DNA of 62,869 bases from an uncultured Desulfovibrionaceae bacterium (lineage in GTDB: Bacteria > Desulfobacterota > Desulfovibrionia > Desulfovibrionales > Desulfovibrionaceae): assembly GCA_964523295.1 (NCBI GenBank), contig CAZGAH010000004.1, positions 49,680 to 112,548 of the forward strand, written 5' to 3'. A program made the translations under genes and the position numbers. The notes under the pieces were generated by a model. That model was not told the DNA's origin, searched no databases, and was given only the letters and a program-made list of their open reading frames with translations. Below, in pieces: positions 18,814 to 28,700 of this stretch. Each line of letters starts with the position of its first letter. The stretch's first letter is position 1.

Positions 18814-21800
18814 CGTTGGATCAGGTCGCGGGTCAAAGGCTCGGCCTCGTCGAAACGATACTCGGCCACAAGCCGCCCCAGCGCCATGATATCGGTATTG
18901 AGGAACAAAGGCCAGTCCCGCGTACGCAGCTGCTCCCAGGCCTTGTTCGCCTTGCCGGCCCGGTGTTTGCTCAAATGCTCCAACAGTTTGCGCAGCCCGG
19001 CCGCCAGCTCTTCCAAGGACCCTTCCTGCACGGGCTGGCTCTGGGGGAGAAGCGGCGGGAGCGTAGCCAGGGCATCCAGCAAGGCATTCAGCGCCTCGAG
19101 GAATTCAGCCAGCTCCGGCGCGCCCGAGGCCTGTTCCTCGCCGGCAAGGAGGGCCTCCAACCCGGCAGCGGCCGTCGCGAGCCGGCCGGCGCCGATCGTT
19201 CCGGCCACGCTCTTCATGGAGTGGACCAGACGCCGGGCAAGCGCACGGTCGCCGGCTTCCAGCGCCTCCGTCACCAACGTGGCGTCGTTGCCATGGTCCT
19301 GCCGAAAATCATGCAGCAACTTCCGGTACAGGTCCAGGTTCCCGCCGACGCGCTCCAATCCGACAGCAGTATCCACGCCGGCCACATCAGGGAGGGACGA
19401 CGCTGCCGACTCGTCGACCGCCAACAGTGGCATCTCCGTGCGCGGTTCAGGGCGTTGGCCCGGGGGAATCCATTCCAGCAGGACGCGGAACAACTCGCCC
19501 GGATCGACGGGCTTGGTCACATGGGCGACCATGCCTTCGTGCAGCGACCTGTCCCGGTCGCCGGCCATGGCGTGCGCGGTCATGGCAATGATCGGCGTAG
19601 CAATGCCGCGCTCCCGAATCCGCCGCGTCGTCTCGTAGCCGTCCATATCGGGCATCTGAATGTCCATGAGCACGACGTCATATTCGCCGTTGCAGGCCAT
19701 TTCCACGCCGTGGCTGCCGTCCGGAGCCGTATCGACGACCAGTCCGGCACGCTGCAACAGCTCGGTGGCGACCTGACGGTTGATGGCGTTATCCTCGACA
19801 ACGAGCACGCGCGCGCCCCGAATGCGCTGCAGGGACTCCCGGCGGCCGGTAAAGGCCGACATCGAGCGCGTGCGCCGGGCAATCTCCTTGCCGAAGGCCT
19901 CCATGATGCTGTCGAAGAGCAGCGACCGGTTGGCCGGTTTGAGCACGAAGCCGGTAACGCCGACTGCCCGGGCACGCGCGGCGATGTCCTCGCCGCCGAA
20001 AGCCCCGACCATGAGCAACCTGGGCAGGGAAGTGTACTCAAAGCGCGTCGCAATGCGCGCCAGGGTCTCGATGCCGTCCCAGCCGGGCATATGCTGATCC
20101 AGGATGAGCAGCCGGTAGGCGGTACCCGCCTGCTGCGCCCGGTCCAGCTCGGCCAGGGCCGCGACCCCGGAATCGGCCACGCCGACGCGGAACGAAAAAC
20201 TTTCCAGCGTCTCTTTCAAGATATCGAGGGCCGTAGGGTTGTCGTCCACGAGCAGCACTCTCAGACCACGCAGATCACCGGGAGGATGATAACAGCGGTC
20301 CTCCTCGCAGGGTTTGCTTCCGAGCTGCACGGTGAACGAAAAGACGCTGCCCTTCCCGGGGACGCTATGGGCCGCGAGCTTGCCGTGCATCATCTCCACA
20401 AGCCGTTTGCTGATGGCCAGTCCCAGGCCGGTGCCGCCGTAGCGGCGGGTGATGCTGCCATCCGCCTGCTGGAAGGGTTGAAAAAGCCGTTCCAGCGCTT
20501 CCGCATCCAGACCGATACCGGTATCCCGGATGGAAAACCCCAGTTCGACCTCGTCTCCCAGCTCCCGCACCAGCTGAGCGGACACGACCACCTCGCCCTG
20601 CTCGGTGAACTTGACCGCGTTTCCGGCCAGATTGACCAGGATCTGCGTAAGCCGGTGCGGATCGCCGACAAGCGCGTGCGGTACGTCCGGGGCCGTGCGA
20701 AAGAGGATTTCCAGATTCTTTTCCTCGGCCTTGAGGGCGATGATATTGGAGAGGTTGCCCAGCACGTCTTCCAATTGGAATTCCACATGCTCGATGTCCA
20801 GTTTTCCGGCCTCGATCTTGGCGAAATCGAGGATGTCGTTGACGATGCGCAACAGGGAATCCGCGGAAACCGATATCTTGCTCAAATAGTCGTGCTGCCG
20901 GGCGGTAAGCTCGGTCTCCAGGGCCAGCATGGTCATCCCCGTGATGGCATTGAGCGGCGTGCGTATCTCGTGACTCATGCGGGCCAGGAAATCGCTTTTC
21001 GCCCGGCTGGCCTCCTCGGCGGCGGCCCGGGCCTGCCGCATGGCCTCCTCGGCCTTTTTCCATTCGGTGATGTCGGTCAGGAAGGACACGTGTCCGATAA
21101 TCTCGCCCTTGTCGTCGCGCAAATGACTGCTGTTGACCAGCATGGGGATACGCCGGCCGTCCTTGGCCACGCACACGGACTCGAATGCCCCGCTTTCGTC
21201 GACGCCGGCCCGGCCCATGATGCAGGCCCGGGTTTCATCGCAGGCGAATTCCCTGGGATGGCGGTGCAGGAGTTCCTCGCGCGTATAGCCGAGCAGCCGG
21301 AGCATGGCGGCGTTGACTTCCTGAATCACGAAATCCGGGTCTGCGAAGAGAAATCCCTCGCTGGCGGTTTCGATGATCCGCCGGAACTTCGCCTCCCCGC
21401 GCTGGACCTCCTCCTCGGCGCGCTTGCGCTCGTCGATGTCCATGGACAATCCGAGCAAGGTTGTGGCGACGTCGGAGTCCTCCCGCCGCAGCACCTTGCC
21501 GTGCAGGGCGATCCAGACCCATTCCCCGGAGGCCGCGCGGACGCGCATCTCCGAATAGAAACGATCGGTCTCGCGCCGGAGATGCCGCCCCACGGCCTTT
21601 CTGGCCAGGGCATAATCGTCGGGGTGGCAGAACAAGGCCTCGTCGAGCACGCTCCGGGGCGTCTGTTCCGGCGGATACCCGAGTTTTTCGTAAAGGCGCA
21701 CTGGCGGCGTGACGTAGTCCCATGAGCGCGTATCGATTTCCCACATATCCGCACCGGCGACTTCCAGCGCCAGCTGCAACCGCTCCTCTGACAGCGTCAA

Positions 21801-23492
21801 TTCCTCGCGGGCGCGACGCTCGGCGGTGATATCAAAGGCAAACCCCTCGATGAGTTCTTCACCCGCGTCGTTCCGGGTTATTCTGGCATTGAGGAGCAAC
21901 CAGCGTGCCTCTCCGTCGGCACGCCGGATCCGCAACTCGTAATTGCTCAGGGCGCCCTGCTGCCGCAGCGCCTTCAGCCAGACGAAACGATCCTCGGCCT
22001 GGACGTACAGGGTCTGATCGAGCGCGTCTATGCCCAAGGCTTTCTCGGGCGAGTCGTAGCCCAGAATGCGCGCCCCGGCCGGGTTGATGGCCTCGAAACC
22101 GTGACCGACTCTGGCCTGGAATATCCCCAGCAAGGCGTTCTCGTACAAACGCTGAAAGCTCTTCTCGGCCTTGTGTAACTCCTGGGCCTGCTCGTCAATG
22201 AGCCGCTGAAGCTTTTTGCGTCCCTGGCGAAAAACGAAAAACAGGCAGACGACCAGTACGAGATAGATCATCCCGGCATGGACAAGATGCCCGCGCAGCG
22301 AGGAAACCAGCTCGTTGTATATTTCCGGAAACTCGGCCCAGACCAGAATGCTCGCCACCGGGCCACGCTCTTCGTGGCCCGCGGCGTCAGGCGCCGCGCC
22401 GTGCGCGGGGGTTATAAAAATGGGCAAAGGCTGGATGCCGTAAAGGCGATCCAGGCACATGGTCAGGCTGCCCCGGGCGCGATCGATGAACCGGAAGGTC
22501 TTTCGAGCCTTTTCGCGCTCGGCCTGCTCATCATGCATGGCCTTTGAGAAATCGAAGGGCCCGCGATCCTCCTCGGCGAACATGGTATGGAACTCGGACG
22601 TATCCGCCAGAGCGCGCAGCGGAGTGGAATCCCCGAGCACGACGAAATAGTCTTCGTTGCCGATGCGCAGTTCGGGTTTGCGGGCGACGAAATCATCGGA
22701 GGCGTGATCCCGGGCGTAATCCTTGCGTAACAACAGGGCCGATTCGCAGGAAAAAAAGAGATGTGTTGCCTGCTCGATGCGCTGAAAAACCGTGGACATG
22801 TCCACGCCAAGCTCGATCACGCCAATGACCCGCTCCTCGTCGGCGTCCATGACGTCGAACACGGGCACCACGCTGCGCAATCCCGAGTAGTCGGGCGCAA
22901 TGACAAAGCCGATCTGGGCCTCGCCGCTGCGAAAGGCATCCTGAATCAACAGGTCATTGTATCCGGAAGCAAAGGGCGGCGAGGTGGTGTCGGCGATGGC
23001 AAAGCCCGCCGGCCCGCCTTCAGGACGCGGCAAATCCAGACGAAGCCAGGGTGTCGGGTCTCCGGGCAGATAAACGGCAACATGCCGCCCCTCGTTGAGC
23101 ATGTTGGCCTTGAATCCCCGTCCTCCGGCCCACAGGGCCATGGCCAGCTCGCCGCGCAGCCGCCTCGACTCCCCGCGGGCTACGGGGGAATCGTCCCGGC
23201 TCATTCGGGCCGCCTCGATCAACAGATCGCCCACCTGCGGATTGGTGGCCATGACCTCGCCCCGCCGGGTAAGCTCGCTGCCCAGCCCTTCCACAGCCAG
23301 ATTGGCCCCGGCGCGCAGCCCACCGACCAGCTCCACCGTGCCGATAAACGCTCCGGTCATCGATCGGGCGATGTATTCGTGCAGCGCGAACCCGAAAACA
23401 ATGACGAAAACAACCAGAGAGACCAGGATGAACCAGCGCAAGGGAATCCGATATCCCGGACAATCGCGCTGTCGGCGACGAAACCAACGCAT
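18792..23492 (-). CDS. large hybrid sensor kinase (N-terminal TM-bounded sensor region, several PAS domains, HisKA, HATPase, two receivers, Hpt)
   Basis: Start chosen at MRWFRRRQ (ATG 23490-23492), preceded by GGAGGGGG. The H-box is RMSHEIRTPLNAI and HATPase boxes are NLAGNAVKFT, DTGIGL and GTGLGL. The REC domains begin VLLVDDNP and VLVVEDNA. The Hpt motif is HSMKSVAGTIGA. Confidence 0.9.
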   Translation of the reverse strand: MRWFRRRQRDCPGYRIPLRWFILVSLVVFVIVFGFALHEYIARSMTGAFIGTVELVGGLRAGANLAVEGLGSELTRRGEVMATNPQVGDLLIEAARMSRDDSPVARGESRRLRGELAMALWAGGRGFKANMLNEGRHVAVYLPGDPTPWLRLDLPRPEGGPAGFAIADTTSPPFASGYNDLLIQDAFRSGEAQIGFVIAPDYSGLRSVVPVFDVMDADEERVIGVIELGVDMSTVFQRIEQATHLFFSCESALLLRKDYARDHASDDFVARKPELRIGNEDYFVVLGDSTPLRALADTSEFHTMFAEEDRGPFDFSKAMHDEQAEREKARKTFRFIDRARGSLTMCLDRLYGIQPLPIFITPAHGAAPDAAGHEERGPVASILVWAEFPEIYNELVSSLRGHLVHAGMIYLVLVVCLFFVFRQGRKKLQRLIDEQAQELHKAEKSFQRLYENALLGIFQARVGHGFEAINPAGARILGYDSPEKALGIDALDQTLYVQAEDRFVWLKALRQQGALSNYELRIRRADGEARWLLLNARITRNDAGEELIEGFAFDITAERRAREELTLSEERLQLALEVAGADMWEIDTRSWDYVTPPVRLYEKLGYPPEQTPRSVLDEALFCHPDDYALARKAVGRHLRRETDRFYSEMRVRAASGEWVWIALHGKVLRREDSDVATTLLGLSMDIDERKRAEEEVQRGEAKFRRIIETASEGFLFADPDFVIQEVNAAMLRLLGYTREELLHRHPREFACDETRACIMGRAGVDESGAFESVCVAKDGRRIPMLVNSSHLRDDKGEIIGHVSFLTDITEWKKAEEAMRQARAAAEEASRAKSDFLARMSHEIRTPLNAITGMTMLALETELTARQHDYLSKISVSADSLLRIVNDILDFAKIEAGKLDIEHVEFQLEDVLGNLSNIIALKAEEKNLEILFRTAPDVPHALVGDPHRLTQILVNLAGNAVKFTEQGEVVVSAQLVRELGDEVELGFSIRDTGIGLDAEALERLFQPFQQADGSITRRYGGTGLGLAISKRLVEMMHGKLAAHSVPGKGSVFSFTVQLGSKPCEEDRCYHPPGDLRGLRVLLVDDNPTALDILKETLESFSFRVGVADSGVAALAELDRAQQAGTAYRLLILDQHMPGWDGIETLARIATRFEYTSLPRLLMVGAFGGEDIAARARAVGVTGFVLKPANRSLLFDSIMEAFGKEIARRTRSMSAFTGRRESLQRIRGARVLVVEDNAINRQVATELLQRAGLVVDTAPDGSHGVEMACNGEYDVVLMDIQMPDMDGYETTRRIRERGIATPIIAMTAHAMAGDRDRSLHEGMVAHVTKPVDPGELFRVLLEWIPPGQRPEPRTEMPLLAVDESAASSLPDVAGVDTAVGLERVGGNLDLYRKLLHDFRQDHGNDATLVTEALEAGDRALARRLVHSMKSVAGTIGAGRLATAAAGLEALLAGEEQASGAPELAEFLEALNALLDALATLPPLLPQSQPVQEGSLEELAAGLRKLLEHLSKHRAGKANKAWEQLRTRDWPLFLNTDIMALGRLVAEYRFDEAEPLTRDLIQRCESRIS

Positions 23493-23687
23493 GGCAACCC
23501 CCTCCATACTGGACGTGACGCGATGGGCACGGGGATTGTGCAGGGAATGGCGCCGTATGGCAATGGGGAAAAAACGGACTTCGGGGAGAGCGACGCAGGG
23601 CATCTTTTGCCAGCCCTGCTCAACGATGAAGCCGTACGACCGCTGCCAGCGTCGAGAAAACTTCCATGCGCCGGCTCGAATTAGGAT

Positions 23688-23737
23688 GGTGGGGAATCCG
23701 ATTCTTGCGGGGGGGGAGGCGAATCGAATTCCCCACC
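23688..23737. repeat. 17-bp imperfect inverted repeat in the divergent kinase/tetR intergenic region
   Basis: GGTGGGGAATCCGATTC (23688-23704) and GAATCGAATTCCCCACC (23721-23737) have one mismatch. They are separated by a G-rich 16-nt spacer. Confidence 0.5.
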
Positions 23738-24009
23738 GGTTGGGGACTCCTCTGTGTAGCCCGTGCGCCAGAGAAAATCAACCGGTAACTTCACTTTTTC
23801 ATGGCTCGTTGCAACCGTGCGCGGAGGTTGCTGAAAGAATTGTCCGGGCCGGTTTCATCAATTCGACGCTACGCGGCCTCGTATCCGCGCGCGCAGCGCC
23901 GGTTTCATAGGTGGCGACCCGGGTCGGCGCAACAGGTTTTCCCCGATTTTCCAGGTTTTTTTCCGGCACAGGGCCTTGACGCCGCCCCCCCTCCGGGATA
24001 GCCTGCTCT

Positions 24010-24036
24010 AAAACAAACGTTTAAAACGGAAGTTTT
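24010..24036 (+). promoter_or_regulatory. AT-rich palindromic patch immediately upstream of tetR (candidate operator or RBS-masking hairpin)
   Basis: AAACGTTT (24015-24022) is followed by AAAAC-GGAA-GTTTT (24023-36), whose loop contains the only purine-rich RBS-like stretch before the ATG at 24040. Function is inferred only. Confidence 0.3.
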
Positions 24037-24039
24037 CCT

Positions 24040-24723
24040 ATGACAGACAGCCAAGTGTATACCCGCAGCCGACTGCTCGAGGCCGCCGGGGATGTTTTCT
24101 CGCGCAAAGGGTACCGGGCGACCACTGTCCGGGAGATATGCCGCAAGGCACGGGCCAACGTGGCCTCCATCAACTATCACTTCGGGAGCAAGGAAAACCT
24201 CTATCTGGAGCTGCTCCGGCTGGCCCATGACCAGGCAGCGGCCGACGCGCCGCTGCTTACCAACGCACGGGCCGGGGAAAACCCTGAGGCGGCGCTGCGG
24301 CGCTGGATTCAGTCCACCCTGGCGCTGGTAGTTGCCAAGGGGCGCCATGCCTGGTTCGACCGACTCATGCTCTGGGAAATGCTCGACCCCACGCCCGCAG
24401 TAGCGGCCTTTGTCGAAGGCACCATCCTGCCCCGCACCGACGAACTCAAGGCCATCATCATCCGTCTGCTGGGCTCCGACGCCCGGGAGAGGACGGTTTC
24501 GCGCTGCGCCCAGAGCGTCGTGGGCCAATGCCGGTACTACGCCGTCGAACAACCGGTCCGGGAGCGCGCTTTTTCCGATGCCCGACTGGATGAAACGCAT
24601 CTTTCGGAATCCTGGTGCTCTTCTGTCTGGTCGCCGGCTGCGGGGGGAACGGCGCGGATTCAGCAAAAGCGAAAAAGCCGCCGGCGCCCGTCGCCGTCGT
24701 CGAGGCCGGCCAACGGCCCGTAG
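24040..24723 (+). CDS. TetR-family transcriptional regulator
   Basis: The N-terminal HTH is RLLEAAGDVFSRKGYRATTVREICRKARANVASINYHFGSKENLY. The last ~40 aa (SESWCSSVWSPAAGGTARIQQKRKSRRRPS...) look non-native and overlap the next gene, so the true 3' end is uncertain. Confidence 0.8.
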   Translation: MTDSQVYTRSRLLEAAGDVFSRKGYRATTVREICRKARANVASINYHFGSKENLYLELLRLAHDQAAADAPLLTNARAGENPEAALRRWIQSTLALVVAKGRHAWFDRLMLWEMLDPTPAVAAFVEGTILPRTDELKAIIIRLLGSDARERTVSRCAQSVVGQCRYYAVEQPVRERAFSDARLDETHLSESWCSSVWSPAAGGTARIQQKRKSRRRPSPSSRPANGP

Positions 24724-25709
24724 ACAAGAGCATCCGCGCGATCGGCAATGTCGAGCCATTTGCGACGGTCACACTTCGCTCCCTGGTCGGCGGCATGATC
24801 GTGGAGCAGTACGCCCGCGACGGGCAAGACGTACGCGCGGGCGATGCGCTGTTTCAGATCGATCCCCGGCCCTTTGCTCTGGCAATCAATGAGGCGGAAG
24901 GCCGGCTGGAGCGCGACCACGCCCTTTTCGCCAGGGCCTCGGCGGATCTGAAACGATACTCCTCGCTAAAACAGATAAACGTAATCGACCAGGGCCGGTT
25001 TGACGAAACCGTCGCATCGGCCAAATCTTTGGAAGGAACGATCCGCTTCAATACGGCCGCGCTCGAGCGCGCCAGACTCGACCTGGAATACGCGCGTCTG
25101 CTTGCGCCGATTTCCGGCCGCATCGGGTCCATCCTGCTGCACAAAGGCAACGTGCTCAAGGCCAATGACGACCGGGCGATATGTATCATCAATCAGATAG
25201 AACCCGTATTCATCGTCTTTTCCGTGCCGGAAATGAGGCTGCCGATCATCACGCAGCGCATGAAAGAGGGAACGCTTACGGTCCTGGCCCGACCTGCTGG
25301 CGACGAGGGTGAGCCCGTGCGCGCCGTGCTGCACTCCCTGGACAACCAGGTGGACAAACAGACCGGGACCATCAAGCTCAAGGCACTCTACCCCAACAAG
25401 GACCATCGGCTATGGCCCGGCCAGTTCGTCCGTACGGAGCTGATTACCGGGCACGACGACAACGCCGTAGTCATTCCTGCACGGGCCTTGCTCGACGGGG
25501 TGAAGGGGCCGTACGTCTATGTTCTCGCTCCCGGCGATATCGCCGAGGTCCGTACGGTAAAAGCCGGAGAGATGATCGGCGCCGATGTGGTCATTCGTGA
25601 AGGCCTGACGGCCGGCGAGCGCGTGGTCACGGATGGTCAGCTGCTGCTGGCGCCCGGAGCCAGGGCCGAGGTCGTCGCCTTGCCCGAGCGCTCCGGAGCG
25701 ACGCAATGA
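24615..25709 (+). CDS. RND efflux periplasmic adaptor (membrane fusion protein, HlyD/MdtA-like)
   Basis: Lipobox LVAGC, then typical MFP blocks (VEPFATVTLRSLVGGMI, RAGDALFQIDPRPF, LEYARLLAPISGRIG). The track start is a GTG that leaves only 8 residues before the lipobox Cys (see the finding on a probable frameshift). Confidence 0.85.
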   Translation: MLFCLVAGCGGNGADSAKAKKPPAPVAVVEAGQRPVDKSIRAIGNVEPFATVTLRSLVGGMIVEQYARDGQDVRAGDALFQIDPRPFALAINEAEGRLERDHALFARASADLKRYSSLKQINVIDQGRFDETVASAKSLEGTIRFNTAALERARLDLEYARLLAPISGRIGSILLHKGNVLKANDDRAICIINQIEPVFIVFSVPEMRLPIITQRMKEGTLTVLARPAGDEGEPVRAVLHSLDNQVDKQTGTIKLKALYPNKDHRLWPGQFVRTELITGHDDNAVVIPARALLDGVKGPYVYVLAPGDIAEVRTVKAGEMIGADVVIREGLTAGERVVTDGQLLLAPGARAEVVALPERSGATQ

Positions 25710-28700
25710 ACATTTCCGCGCTCTGCATCCGGCGACCGGTCATGACCACGCTGGTCATGCTCGCCATGCTGCTCTTCGGGACCATGGCCTATCTCAAACT
25801 CCCGGTCAGCGCCCTGCCCAGCGTGGATTTTCCAACCATCGACGTCTCGGCCTCGCTGCCCGGAGCCCGCCCGGAAACTATGGCCTCGGCCGTGGCCACG
25901 CCCCTGGAAAAGAATTTTTCCACCATCGCCGGGCTGACGAGCATGACCTCGAACAGCACCCTCGGTGGCACGCGCATCACCCTGCAGTTCGCCCTGAACC
26001 GGAATATCGATGCCGCGGCCCAGGACGTGCAAGCCGCCATCTCCGCCTCGCTGTCCAAGCTGCCCAAGGACATGCAGACCCCGCCGACCTATCGGAAGGT
26101 CAATCCCGCCGACGACCCCATCCTCTATCTGGCCCTGTACTCGACCACCCTGCGTATCAGCGACGTCACCGACTACGCCCTGAACCGTATGGCCCAGCGC
26201 ATCTCGATGATCGACGGCGTGGCGCAGGTCCAGGTCTATGGAGAGCAGAAGTACACCGTACGCATTCAGCTCGATCCCGAGATCATGGCTGCGCGGGACG
26301 TCGGCGTGGACGAGGCCGCCGCGGCCGTCAGACAGGGCAATGTCAATCTGCCCGTCGGCATTGTCGCCGGCCAGGCCAGGGAGTACACCGTCCAGTCCGC
26401 CGGAAAACTGGAAAAGGCGCAGGCCTACAGACCGCTGATCGTGGCCTGGCGAAATGGCTCCCCGATACGCCTGGAAGATATCGCCAGCGTAACCGATAGC
26501 GTTGCCCAGCCGCGACGGGGCAACTGGTTCAACAACACCCCGGGGGTCGTCCTGGCAGTGCAGCGCCAGCCGGGCGCCAACACGGTAGCCGTATCCGAAG
26601 CCGTCCAGAAGCTCATGCCCGAATTCCGATCCCAGATACCAGCCGCTGTCAATCTGGACGTGCTCTACGACCGGGCCGTAACCATCAAGGAATCGATCCA
26701 GGACGTGGAATTCACACTGGTCCTGACAGCAGCCCTGGTAATTCTGGTCATCTTTCTGTTTCTGCGCAATGTGACGGCCACTATTCTTCCCGGTCTGGCC
26801 CTGCCCCTTTCGCTGGTCGGCGCCTTTGCCTGCATGCATCTGTTCAATTTCAGTCTCAACGCCATCTCCCTCATGGCCTTGACCCTGGCCCTGGGATTTG
26901 TCGTCGACGACGCCATCGTGGTGCTCGAAAACATCTTTCGGCACATGGAGGCGGGCAAGCCGCCGCTGCAGGCCGCTCTGGACGGCTCCAAGGAAATTGT
27001 CTTCACCATCGTCTCAATGACCATATCCCTGGCCGCCGTGTTTATCCCCATCCTGTTCATGGGCGGCATCGTCGGCCGGCTCTTTCACGAATTCGCCGTC
27101 ACCATCGCAGCCGCGGTGCTCATCTCCGGATTCGTCTCGCTCACGCTCACGCCCATGCTGGCCAGTAAATTGTTCAAATCCGGCCCTACCCAACGCCATG
27201 GCCGGCTCTACGCCTGGTCCGAGCGCCTGTTCGAGGGACTGCGCGCACTCTATGAAACCACCCTGCGTCTGAGCCTGCGCCGTCATGCGCTGACCATGCT
27301 CTTCTCCCTGGCCCTGCTGGTGCTGACGGTCGCGTTGTTCACAATCTCACCCAAAGGCTTCTTACCGGGCGAGGATACCGGCCAGCTCTCGGTCATGACC
27401 CAGGCCGACGCCGGCGTGGCCTTCCCGACCATGGTCGCCAGACAACAGGCGCTCATGGATATTGTTGCCAAGGATCCGGATATCCGCGCCTTCATGTCCG
27501 TTGTCGGCGCGGGTGGACCCAATGCCGCGTCGAATAATGGCCGGATGCGCCTGGCGCTCAAGCCGAGGGATGAGCGCAGGGCCAGCGCCGATACCATTCT
27601 GCAGCGACTCCGGCGCCAGTTCGCGCGCGTGCCGGGTATCCGGAGCTTCGTGATCAACCCCCCGCCGCTGAATATCGGCGGTCGGATCGCCAAAGGGCAG
27701 TATCAGTATACGCTGCAAAGCCAGCAGCTCGACGTGCTCTACCGCGATACCCTGCTGTTCGAAGAGCGCTTGCGCACCTTGCCCGAACTGAGCGAAGTAT
27801 CCAGCGACCTGGAGCTGAAAAACCCGGAAGTGCAGCTCACTATCGACCGGGATAAAAGCTCCGCCCTGGGAATCAGCGCCTTCGCCATCGAGGACGCCCT
27901 GGCCACGGCGTACGGAAACCGCTCCATCTCCACCATCTACGCCGATACCGATACCTTCGATGTCGTCATGGAGCTTGCCCCCGAGTACCAGGCCAATCCC
28001 AAGGCCCTGTCTCTCCTGCACGTACGCTCGGCAAAAGGCAGACTCGTGCCCCTGGAGTCCCTGACAACGCACCGGCTCGGCGTCGGCCCCCTGTCGGTCA
28101 ATCACGCCGGACAGATGCCCTCGGCGACCATCGCCTTCAACCTGGCCCCTGGCGTGTCCTTGAGCACGGCCCTGACTGCCGTGGAAAACCTGGCCCGAAC
28201 GACGCTTTCGGACGGTGTCACCGCCAGATTCCAGGGCGAGGCGCAGGCCTTCCAGGATTCCCTCCGCGGCCTCTGGCTGCTGCTGATCATCTCCGTGGCC
28301 GTCATTTATATTGTTCTGGGCATCCTCTACGAATCATTCATCCACCCGCTGACCATCCTCTCCGGCCTGCCCTCGGCCGGCGCCGGCGCGCTCATAGCCC
28401 TGTGGATCTTCGGCATGCCGCTGGACCTCTACGGTTTTGTCGGCATAATCATGCTCATCGGCATCGTCAAGAAAAACGCCATCATGATGATCGATTTCGC
28501 CCTGGAAGCACAGCGCCGCGAGGGACTTGCCCCGGCAGAGGCCATTTTTCAGGGCGCCCTGATACGCTTTCGACCCATCATGATGACCACCATGGCCGCG
28601 CTCATGGGCACGCTCCCCATCGCGCTCGGCCTGGGCGCCGGCGCCGAATCCCGGCGCCCGCTGGGCATCGCCGTGGTCGGCGGCCTGCTTGTGTCGCAGT

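Noticed and set aside
18816-21725. 969-aa plus-strand ORF
   Set aside because: It is antisense to the PAS hybrid kinase, with no motifs and a composition typical of a GC-rich antisense frame.
24410-24892. 160-aa ORF beginning MKRIFRNPGALL
   Set aside because: Only its first six codons look genuine (a lipoprotein n-region). The rest is an Arg-rich out-of-frame read of the efflux adaptor gene. I interpret it as the displaced start of that gene (see the frameshift finding).
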